A DNA stretch of 64,000 bases from Cetorhinus maximus (lineage: Eukaryota), in the NCBI RefSeq assembly GCF_964194155.1, contig NC_135892.1:110174001-110238000 (forward strand), given 5' to 3'. A program made the position numbers and the translations under genes. Positions 54,393-64,000 of this stretch are shown here, piece after piece. A model generated the notes under the pieces. The model did not search any database, was not told the origin of the DNA, and worked only from the letters and a program-made list of their open reading frames with translations. The first letter of the stretch is position 1. Each line of letters opens with the position of its first letter.

Positions 54393-54467
54393 CTACCACA
54401 TCAGCCCACTCCAGCATTAGCACCACTAACACGCTTGGCACTAACAGCCCTGAGCCCTTCACTTCTG
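54393..54467 (+). CDS. ADGRG6: Ser/Thr-rich cassette exon copy 7 (ATTSAHSSISTT…; T>I)
   Basis: 75 nt with intact splice sites and one substitution, ACT>ATT. Confidence 0.75.
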
Positions 54468-55387
54468 GTAAGCAAAGTGTGTTTGAATCATTCTATTCTT
54501 ATTTTGTTACATTTCCAATTAACAATTACTATGTGCATAATTATAATGGAAAAAACTGATTCAGGGATGTTGTGATGTAATTATACCCCCCCCACCAGTA
54601 GTGGTGTTGCAGTTCCTCTGTTGGGAGAAGGTTAATCGCAATGTGACGTGTTTTTAAGATAATTCTCCTTACAGATGTGTACGTCGTTATTTGTGTCAGA
54701 AAATGTTGAGAAAAAGCCTACACAGGTGTTGAAAATTAAGAACAATTTGCAAAATACCATGTTAGAATAATCTCTGGCAGAAAGAATATATTAAATCCAA
54801 CCATGCGGTGGTATATTCTGAAATATTGTTTGCTATATGATATGATACAGTAAAGTATGGGATATTATGGAACAGAATGGTATAGTATAGCCTGTGTAGT
54901 GTAATATATAACAGTTTGCAATATGCAATTATAGCATGTTCTAATACATACATACATACTCACTCACTAACTTACTCGCTCACTTTGGCATGGACTTGAT
55001 GGGTCTAATGGCTTCCATTTGTGCCATATTGAATCTATGACTTTATATTATAGTATGTGGGGTGTAGTCTATCATGACGGAATGGGTTTCATATATGGCT
55101 GAGTGTACAGAGGATCTTCTAAATTCATTTCAGATGCCAGACACTGCCTGATTTTAATGTCATATATTAAGGAATGGTACCGCCAACAATGCAGCACTCC
55201 CTGACTACTGCACTGAAGTGTCAGTTCAGATTATGTGCTGAAGTCTCCAATGTGGGATGTGAACATACAACCTTCCAAGGTCAGAGGGGAGACTGTCACC
55301 GCTGAGAGCCAAGGCTGACATGAGTCCTTTACCCTACCTGAAATAACCTGCAGTTACCTGCATATTTCTTCCTTGTCTTGTTAACAG

Positions 55388-55462
55388 CTACCACATCAGC
55401 CCACTCCAGCACTAGCACCACTAACACGCTTGGCACTAACAGCCCTGAGCCCTTCACTTCTG
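55388..55462 (+). CDS. ADGRG6: Ser/Thr-rich cassette exon copy 8 (identical to copy 1)
   Basis: Identical 75-nt exon with intact AG/GT splice sites. Confidence 0.75.
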
Positions 55463-58400
55463 GTAAGCAAAGTGTGTTTGAATCATTCTATTATTTTGTT
55501 ACATTTCCAATTATCAAATACTATGTGCATAATTATAATGGAAAAAATGGATTCAGGGATGTCGTGATGTAATTATACCCCCCCACTAGTAGTGGTGTTG
55601 CAGCTCCTCTGTTGGGAGAAGGTTAATCACAATGTGACGTGTTTTTAAGATAATTCCCCTTATAGATGTGTACGTCGTTATTTGTGACAGAAAATGTTGA
55701 GAAAAAACCTACACAGGTGTTGAAAATTAAGAATAATTTGCAATATACCATATTAGAATAATCTCTGGTAGAATGAATATATTAAATCCAACCATGCGGT
55801 GGTATATTCTGAAATATTGTTTGATATATGACATGAAACATTAAAGTATGGTATATTATGGAACAGAATGGTATAGTATGGTACTTCAAGTGTGTAGTGT
55901 AAAATATAACAGTTTGCAATATGCAATTATAGCATGTTGCAATAGATACATGCATACATACCTACAAACTCACTCTGGCATGGACTAAATGGGCCTAATG
56001 GCTTCCATCTGTGCCATATCGAATCTATGACTTTATATTATAGTATGTGGGGTGTAGTATATCATGACGGAATGGATTTCATATATGGTTGAGTGTAGAG
56101 AGGATTACAAAGTGGAGAATCTTCCCCGTCAAGGAGAGTTCAATTGCCAGAAATTGACATCAGGTCTGGGTCTTGATGCCAGCCTGCCCTCTACTGGGTT
56201 TCTCCCAGGTGGATTCCGAGGATCTACCTTAGTTCTGGTGGGAAACCAACTAAGACAATTAAAAAGGAAATTTGGAGTTCCTTTAATCCTGGATTCTGAT
56301 GGTTCCAGCCTGGGCACCTTCTTTCCTGACCTGTCAGCACCTTGCTAGGGCCACTGAGGCAAGTACACAGTGAGAAGAGCTTTATTTTCAGTGAAACTGA
56401 TAGGTTGGGAAGCCTTTTATCCTGGCCTGGTGAGAGGCTGCTTTTCAATGCACATTTTGGAGGGCGCCTGACCTGTCAGGAACTTCACTCCCTTTCAGCT
56501 GCATTCCTCTGCTTCCAGCCTTCACCATGACATGGGGGCAGCTTATGCACCTCCACCTCTCTGATGAGGGTCAATAGCAGAGGCCACATTAGCACCAACA
56601 GCGCGAGCAGGAGCACTCGCTCTCAGCAGCACCTCCCCCAAAAGGGCAGAGGAGATAGACTCAGAAATTCAACTGGAAGGAGGCGGGTCCCCCACCGCCG
56701 AGTCTCCAGGTAGAAGATCAGATGTCTTGACCTGTCTGAACACCAGTCCCTCAGGAGGCTCAGCATCTCCTGTCAGGTCACTGCCCAGTGCAGCAGGTGG
56801 GCACATATTCCCAATGGCCGGTAAGGTGCCAGTCACAGGAGGGCCACAACTCTCATCGCTGCCCACCCTCGGTGCCTGCCTCTCACCATGTTGTTTGCTC
56901 TCTTCTCCTGTAAGGAGAAGAAGCAGCGAGTTATGAGTGTTCATAATGGCTTGTGTGGGGAGGAGGGAAGGACAGTGTTTGTGGAGGATGACGGTAATTC
57001 TGTGATACCCAATTCTGTTGAGAAGTTCCTTTTGAATCTGCTTCCACCACCCTTTCAGGCAATGCATTCCAGGTCATAACTCTCAGCGTAAACGAACTTC
57101 TCCTCATCGACCCTCTGACCCTTTTGGGTGAAGCCCTTTGAGATTGTTTTGTACAAGAAGCTTCCCCATAGAATCACATCTTTAATGAAAGTGACTGGAA
57201 AATGAGCACAGGTTTGCAGAAGTTGCTGCTTGTTCTGGTATTCTGGTAGCCAAGATTGATTAGTTCTGTCTCTCTACGTAATCTAAGATTAGTTTATAAA
57301 AGAAACCCTCTAAAATGAAAGAGAAACTGTTGGAAGTGTTAGACAGCTGGATCAATATCTATATGGGAACAAAGAAATCTTAGCAACTTAGATCTGACGC
57401 TTCATCAGAAGATAAATCACCTCGCTGATGTGCCAGCTGGCATCTAAGACTGGTGAATTCTTTAGGAATATGCTTTATAAGAGCATGAGAAACAAGAGAA
57501 AGAGTAGGCCATATAAGAGCAGGTCAGAATCTGGGAATTCTACGGTGAGTAACTCACCTCCTGACTCCCCAAAGCCTGTACCAACTACAAGCTACAAGTC
57601 AGGAGTGTGATGGAAGGCTCTCCACTTGCCTCGATGAGTGCAATACTCAAGCTGCTGGACACCATCCAGGACAAAGCAGCCCACTTGATTGGCCCCATTT
57701 CCACGACCTTCAACATTCACTCCCTCCTCCACAGCAGTTTGTACCATCTATAAGATGCACTGCAGCAACTCACCAAGGCTCCTTCGATAACACGTTCCAA
57801 ACCCACAAACTCTACCACCTAGAAGGACAAGGGCTGCAGATAGATGGGAACACCACCACCTAAATTCCCCTCCAAGTCACTCACCATCCTGACTTGGAAA
57901 TATATCGCTATTCCTTCACTGTCGCTGTATCAAAATCCGGGAACTCCCTCCCTAACAGCACTGTGGGTGTACCTACAGCACATTGTCTGCAGCGGTTTAA
58001 GTAAATGACTCACCACCACCACCTTCTCAAGGGCAATTAAGGATGGGCAACAAATATTGGCCTCACCACAATGCCCACTTCGTGTGAAAGAATAAAATAA
58101 AATGGCCCCTCAAGCCTGCTGTGCCATTCCATTGGGTCGTTGGCTGATCTGATCTTGCCCTCAATTCCACTTTCCTGTCTGTTATCCAGGGTCCTTAAAT
58201 TCTCTGTAGTTCAAAAATCTGTCCATCTCAGCCTTGAACATGATCAGTGACTCAGCCTCCACTGTTCTCTGGGTTAGAGAAATCCAGAGTTTCATGAGCC
58301 TCTGAGTGAAGAAATCCCTGCTCGTCTCCATCTTAAATGCATGACCCCATTATTCTGAAAGAATGCCCCCTGGTTCTAGATTTCTCCCATTCCAGATCCC

Positions 58401-59569
58401 CAACTACCATTTATTTTAAATTAATTAATTTATTGTAATGTTTCTGTAATAAAAATTCATTCCCAGGATACAGGTGTCCTTGGCCAAGGCCAACATTTAT
58501 TGCCCATGTTGATTTGCCCTTTCAAGGTGAAGGCAGCCGTTCCTGAGGCACTGTGATGCATGATGGGATTGCCAACCCTCCAGAACTCTCACTGGAATTG
58601 AAAAACAAACTCATTCATGGGATGTGGGCATCACCAGCTAGGCCAGCATTTATTGCCCATCCCCATTTGCCCTTGTGCAGGGGGCATTTAAAAGTCAACC
58701 ACATTGCTGTGGGTCTGGAGTCACATGTAGGCCTGCAGATTTTCTTCCCTAAAGGGGAATTAGTGAACCAGATGGGTTTCTTATGACAATGGTTTCATGG
58801 TCATCATCAGACCTTTGATTCCAGATGTTTATTTAATTTCCCCATCTGCCATGGTGGGATTTGATCCCAGACTCCAAGAGCATTACCCTGGGTCTCTGGA
58901 ATGCTAGTTCAGTGGCAATCCCACTACCTCCCCCTAAGAGGTTAAACCCCAGAACACTGCTCCACGCAAGCTCCAGGATGAAAAGCACAGGGGTCTTTAA
59001 ATAATGTTACATTATTCTCATTTTTCTTAGAATACTTTAATTTATTAATGACAAAAATATTGGAGATGGGTTAACACTATTGATGCAAGTTTGAGACATG
59101 TAGAAGAGCAGTAATATCTTGGTTTACAAATATGTATATCCTTAAAGGTGTCAGGGCAAGTTGATAAGATGGTTAAAAAAAGTCACATGGGTTACTTTGT
59201 AAGTGGGGAAATATGCCGAGACAGATGTGTAGAGTAACGAGAAAGGACAAGATCAGGAACCGGTACATCAGGGGGTCAATGAAGAATTTGGGAGCATGGA
59301 AGAAAGGAGCCAAGAAGAAGTTGAAATGGTCTGGTCATCTGTTGCGGAGGGAGAGTGAGAGAGAGGAAATGGGGTGAGACGAGTGATGGAGATTAAACTG
59401 CCAGGAAGAAGGAGAAAAGGAAGGATTAAGACCAGGTGGAAAGATGTGGTGGTTAATGCAATGGGATTAGTAGAGGAATGAGTAACTGATAAGAGATGGA
59501 GAAGGTTGATCAGTCAGCATTGTGGAGACCCCAAGTAAAATGAGAGGAACTGGAAGAAGGAGATAAATG

Positions 59570-60075
59570 GAGACTAATACTATAAAAGCAAAGAGATCAT
59601 GCTCGAATTTTATGTAGCACTAGTTAGACCTCAGCTGGAAAACTGTAGACAGTTCTGGTCACTGCATTTCAGGAAAGATGCCAAAACCCTGGAAAGAGAA
59701 GAGGGGAGGTTTAGCAGGATGTCACCAGGGATGAGGGATTTGAGTTATGAGGAGAGGTTGGAAAAATCAAGACTGTTCTTCTTGGAACATAAAAGATTAA
59801 GAGATGACCTAATTGAGGTTTTCCAGATGATGAGATTGCAAGAGTGGATAGAGTAGAGAGAGAAAAATTAGTTCTGCTGGTGAGAGGGTCAGTAACCAGA
59901 GGCCATAAATTTGAAATCATTGGCAAAAAATCTAGAAGGGAGATGAGAAATCTAGAAATCTAAAAATCTGGAAGGGAGATGAGGAGAAATTTTGTCACTC
60001 CGAGTTATTGGGACCTGGAATGCGCGACCTGTAATGTTGGTGGCAGTGGATTCCATAAACAATTTTAAAAGGAGT
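59570..60075 (+). mobile_element. Degraded CR1 LINE 3' fragment
   Basis: Y.ALVRPQLE.C.QFWS.H…LSYEERLEK..LF.LE..RLR.DLIEVF peptide. Confidence 0.8.
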
Positions 60076-63023
60076 TAAACAATAATAGAATGATATGGCA
60101 CTGAAGGAGGCCATTTGGTCCATCATGCCTGTGCTAGTTCTTTGAAAAAGTGGTTAAGTAGTTGCACTCCCTTGATCTTTCCCCATGTCCTGCAATTTTT
60201 TCTCATTCAAGTATTTGTCAAATTCCTTTTGGAAAGTTTATTATTCAATCTGCTTCCAAAACCCTTTCGGGCAGTGCAGTCCAGGTCATGGCATCCTGTG
60301 GCAAAACTTTATTTTTCGTTGATTTGGATGTCCAAGAAACTTCATCACAATCCTGCGATTGCTTCGTGCTGACAAGACTGTAACTGTACTGAGTGACAGA
60401 TCTGAAACAGACCCTTTCAAGTCTGGACCAGGGTCAAGCATGGCTGTGTGATAGCCCCCATATTCTTTGCAACCTACCTGACAGCAGCTATTCACCTCAT
60501 TGGAGATCAACTGCCCTAGATGGAAAACTCTTTAACCTCAGCCGTCTCTGTGCCAAAACTAAACTGACCACCATAAGTACATGTAAGATCATAAGAAATA
60601 GGAGCAGGAGTGGGCCATTCGGCCCATCAATCCTGCTCTGCCATTCAGTAAGATCACGGCTGATCTGTTGGATGAGTTGGTCAGGTGCTGGCGGGCGAGG
60701 AACTTACAGGTTTACGGTCAAAGACTGGGGAAGTGGAACTGAGCACAACTTCTCTTTCAAAGAGCCACCATAGGCACGATGAGTTGAAGAGCCTCTTTCT
60801 GTGCTGTACGTTTCTACAATTGGATGATTCTGACAGGCTTTTTCAGGACTGAAAGACATCTCTTTACTGCAATACTGCTGGTGTGAATGATTGTATTTGT
60901 TGAGTACTCCCCGGCAGAATGAAAGGAAGGATTCTTTCCTCTTGGCTCCAGTTCTCCACTAGCCAATGACCCAGTGAGTAGGGAGGGTCCCAGCTGGACA
61001 AGCAATGCTGCTAATCTGCAGGGTTTTATCTGGTTTTAAAAACTCCAGGAGTATCTGCTTCAGGGAATTCGCTATTCGTGACCCTGTCACTTTCCACCTA
61101 AGCTCTCTGGAATTAAATAAGCGTGGCATGTCCCCTACAGGGACAGAAAGCAGACTTGTATCACAGACAAACAGAAATGCTGAACGTGAGGACTTTTTGG
61201 GTCATTGCATCTGGAGACTGCTTAACACATTAAGAGGTCTCCCTTGCATTTCAGACTCTTTAAAGAAAAGAACCATCTAGATTTTGAGCAGGTGGTTCTG
61301 TTTTTTTTTTGTTATTGTCCGCCGGGGTAGTCCATGCGTTTTTGCTCATCGCTTGCTTTATGTGAACCATGTCATGCTTCCTTGCCACCTGTTCCCACAA
61401 TGTGCAAGATCATGGGTCAAAGGTCAAAATTGGACTGTCTCACGAGCTGGCAACAGCTAACCATTGGCAGTGCACATCAGAAAATAATTCGTAACCACAT
61501 TGCAGAGATTGAAAATATTTAATGTTATTGAATAAATATCATCTTCACAAGGGAGCCATGCACTGCAATCATGGCCACATGGATACACGATGACAGTCCT
61601 TTGCTCCGCAGAGGCCCTAGAATTAGTGCTAAGTGTGCAGTTTTTTTTTAAGCCATGTGATCAATATCTTGCATTTGCTTACATCACAAAGGCACACATC
61701 TTCCATTCACGGAAGTCACAACGCAAGGAGCCAGAGAACCCACAGAGTTGAGTAAGACACTGGATTTTAAAATTTTAATGACTAATTGGTAGATGCGAAT
61801 AAATGTATGATCCCATCATTGAGAGATTGGCCACATAGTTCCTTCGCAAGTCTCTTCCAGCATCCCAGTCCTGTAAAAGGACTTGCAATTATGTCGTGCC
61901 TTTCACAGCCTCAATTAATTGCTTCGGCTGGACGGGCCGAATGGTCTACTCCTGTTCCGATTTCTTATGTTCTCAATAGTGTAGTGATTATTGTAATGCA
62001 CAAAATGTGCCAACCAATTTGCACACAGCAAGCTCTCACAAACAGTATTGTGTTGATGACCAGGTAATCTGTTATCGTGGTGCTGGGTCAAATAATAGCT
62101 AGAACACCAAGGATAACCTAATCCAATCCTTTTCAAAATAGTGGATCTTTTATGCTCACCTGAGGGACACAGTCTAATGTCTCATCTGAAAGATAACACC
62201 TCCCACAGTGCAGTACACCATCAGGGCTACACTGGAGTCTTTGCCTAGGCTTTGTGTTGAAGCATCTGGAGTGGGACTTGAACCCACAACCTTCTGCCTC
62301 AGAGGTAAGCACGCTACCAACTGAGCCAAGGATGACGCTCATGGAGGCCACGACTGATAGCAATGCCTCCGGGTCGATTGGTAACTTTTCCACGGAAAGC
62401 GGGAGGAAGCAAAGACTCTTAGCGGTTGAGGTAGCTCCTGAGGGGACATAGCTGAAAATGGAAGACTGGCATTGATCCTGCCCTCTGGAGCAGACTTACC
62501 AGTCTGAATGGCACTCTGAAGCCAGCTCAGAGTGCTACAGGGCACTATTGATGATTGACCATCCAGCCCACTTATTAATGGGACTTGGAGAGGGGGGTGT
62601 ACCATTGGAGGGGCTGGGATTCTTCCTGCTAATTTCCAGGAAACCAGCTTCCCAATGAGTAGCACAGACCCAGCTATGAGCAGAAGGATGCATCCCAATG
62701 ATGATTGCCTCTAAACTACGGCCTTTTACCTGGTGAAGCCCCGGCAGTAACCCTACGCCCACCTCCGGGTTCCACTGGCTTACCTGCTGCCAACCTGTTA
62801 AGCCTTTAAGGAATGTTGGTAGTCGGGAGTCCATCTGGGCAGGGAGTGTGCACTCTCTATTGGGCAAGCAAATGTTCAATGTAGATGGACTTCTCAATAG
62901 TTTGGCTCCGTCGCTGTTTGGTGACAGGTTTTTGTGAGACTCCCGGTGGCCAGAAACCCAAAGGAAAATGTTGACAGCGGATCCTGATGACTGAGTGCCG
63001 TAACCGGTGTTTTTATTATTCAG

Positions 63024-63080
63024 GCCTGCAAACCACGACGCTCCCCCAAAACAGCAATTGCAATTCCTCAAACAGTGAAG
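63024..63080 (+). CDS. Candidate additional small linker exon (GLQTTTLPQNSNCNSSNSE; 57 nt, phase 1-1)
   Basis: gtttttattattcag| acceptor and GAAG|gtaggg donor. Length is divisible by 3 and the frame is open in phase 1. The peptide is T/S/N-rich with an N-S-S sequon. No homology was recognised. Confidence 0.45.
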
Positions 63081-63717
63081 GTAGGGAGGAAGCATCGTAA
63101 AGCCCTTCGATGGTGACGGTGTGAGAGGCTGGAGTGCTAATGGAGCTGTGGGAATGATGCTACCGGGGCTGGAGGGAGTTAACGATTTCGTTTTAAAGGA
63201 ACACAAACTCACATTTTAAAGGGGCAACGTTCTCACGAAAAAACGTTTGGCAACTCTTTTGTAATGCAGCGACTTAAAATGAACGAATAAAAAAAAAATC
63301 TCATTGTCCCACATCTTGGCTCTTTGCGCAATCGTGAGCCAAAAGAATTTTTAAAAAAATGATCATTTTCTGAACCGTTTCCACAAATTGTCACCCCTTT
63401 AAAACAGGTTGTGTGTTCCCTGTAAAATATAATCTAACGCTGTAGAAATACTACAGGACTGCATTTGGCGCTAGCGGTGGTGCTAAGGGGTGACAGTGGC
63501 ATGGTGATGGTGGTAGCAGCATGGGTGCGGTAGTGGTCGTTCTGGTGGTGGTCAGCTGGTGTCACAGTAGCAGCGGTAGTCTTACTTGACGTGGCTACGG
63601 AGGCCGTCAGCTCCAATGCCAGCTTCTCATTTGAGATATTTCCGAGCGTCTTCAGAAGGGATATTTAAGCAATGGCTGTTGAATTTGTGCCCTGATTTGT
63701 GCCTTTGTGCCCTGATA

Positions 63718-63917
63718 NNNNNNNNNNNNNNNNNNNNNNNNNNNNNNNNNNNNNNNNNNNNNNNNNNNNNNNNNNNNNNNNNNNNNNNNNNNNNNNNNNN
63801 NNNNNNNNNNNNNNNNNNNNNNNNNNNNNNNNNNNNNNNNNNNNNNNNNNNNNNNNNNNNNNNNNNNNNNNNNNNNNNNNNNNNNNNNNNNNNNNNNNNN
63901 NNNNNNNNNNNNNNNNN
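63718..63917. other. Assembly gap (200 N)
   Basis: Run of N. Confidence 0.99.
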
Positions 63918-64000
63918 TGTTACTCAGTGATATGTCTTACAGTTGGGTTTGAGCGTGGGCTGAACATGTGACAGAGCAATGGTAAGAGGAACTAATAAAT

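Larger units (their letters stand above)
40273..58288. repeat. Hierarchical tandem segmental duplication: three macro-units (40273-46649, 46650-52074, 52075-~58288), each containing 2-3 ~1 kb exon-bearing sub-units
   Basis: gaattgggtcca(c/t)tacattttcctagatg recurs at 40273, 46650 and 52075. Near-identical ORFs recur in the ORF track at matching offsets. Exon spacings are 993, 994, 4388, 1038, 4387, 1013 and 995 bp. Confidence 0.97.

Noticed and set aside
40388-57610. Recurrent 60-130 aa ORFs (MDSGGRG…, MTHTVAM…, MHCLK…) suggesting a repeated gene cluster
   Set aside because: They recur only because the intronic DNA is duplicated. They overlap SINE/LINE/MITE remnants and are broken in some copies.
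62535-63212. 225-aa minus-strand ORF
   Set aside because: No recognisable domain or codon signal; it is antisense to the gene and overlaps the candidate + strand exon, so it is likely a chance ORF.
63434-63616. Minus-strand Thr/Ala-rich ORF (…TASVATSSKTTAATVTP…) next to the gap
   Set aside because: It is on the opposite strand to the gene, short, bounded by stops and without clear splice sites. The composition is explained by GGT-rich low complexity. It would deserve another look only if the contig end proved inverted.

Overview
Vertebrate genomic DNA, most likely a cartilaginous fish judging from the repeat landscape (CR1/L2-type LINE fragments, tRNA-derived and Deu-domain SINEs, GC-rich MITEs). 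It has two assembly gaps. The window holds the 5' part of one + strand gene, the adhesion GPCR ADGRG6/GPR126 or a very close paralog. Its exons are a signal-peptide exon (14325-14425), a CUB exon (21453-21797), a pentraxin/LamG exon (26290-26907) and a 69-nt Cys-loop linker exon (36533-36601), all joined in phase 1. The main finding concerns the next exon, which matches the single alternatively spliced Ser/Thr-rich 'splice insert' exon (exon 6) known to switch the GPR126 ectodomain between closed and open states. Here it is present as EIGHT intact 75-nt, phase 1-1 cassettes (3+2+3) inside a young, hierarchical ~18 kb tandem duplication (40273-58288). This could give a mucin-like spacer tunable by splicing from 0 to 200 aa. 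A further candidate 57-nt exon lies at 63024-63080. Exon 1 and the SEA/HormR/GAIN/7TM exons were not found in the window. Comparisons with human and zebrafish GPR126 are from memory and were not computed. Repeat boundaries are approximate unless stated otherwise.
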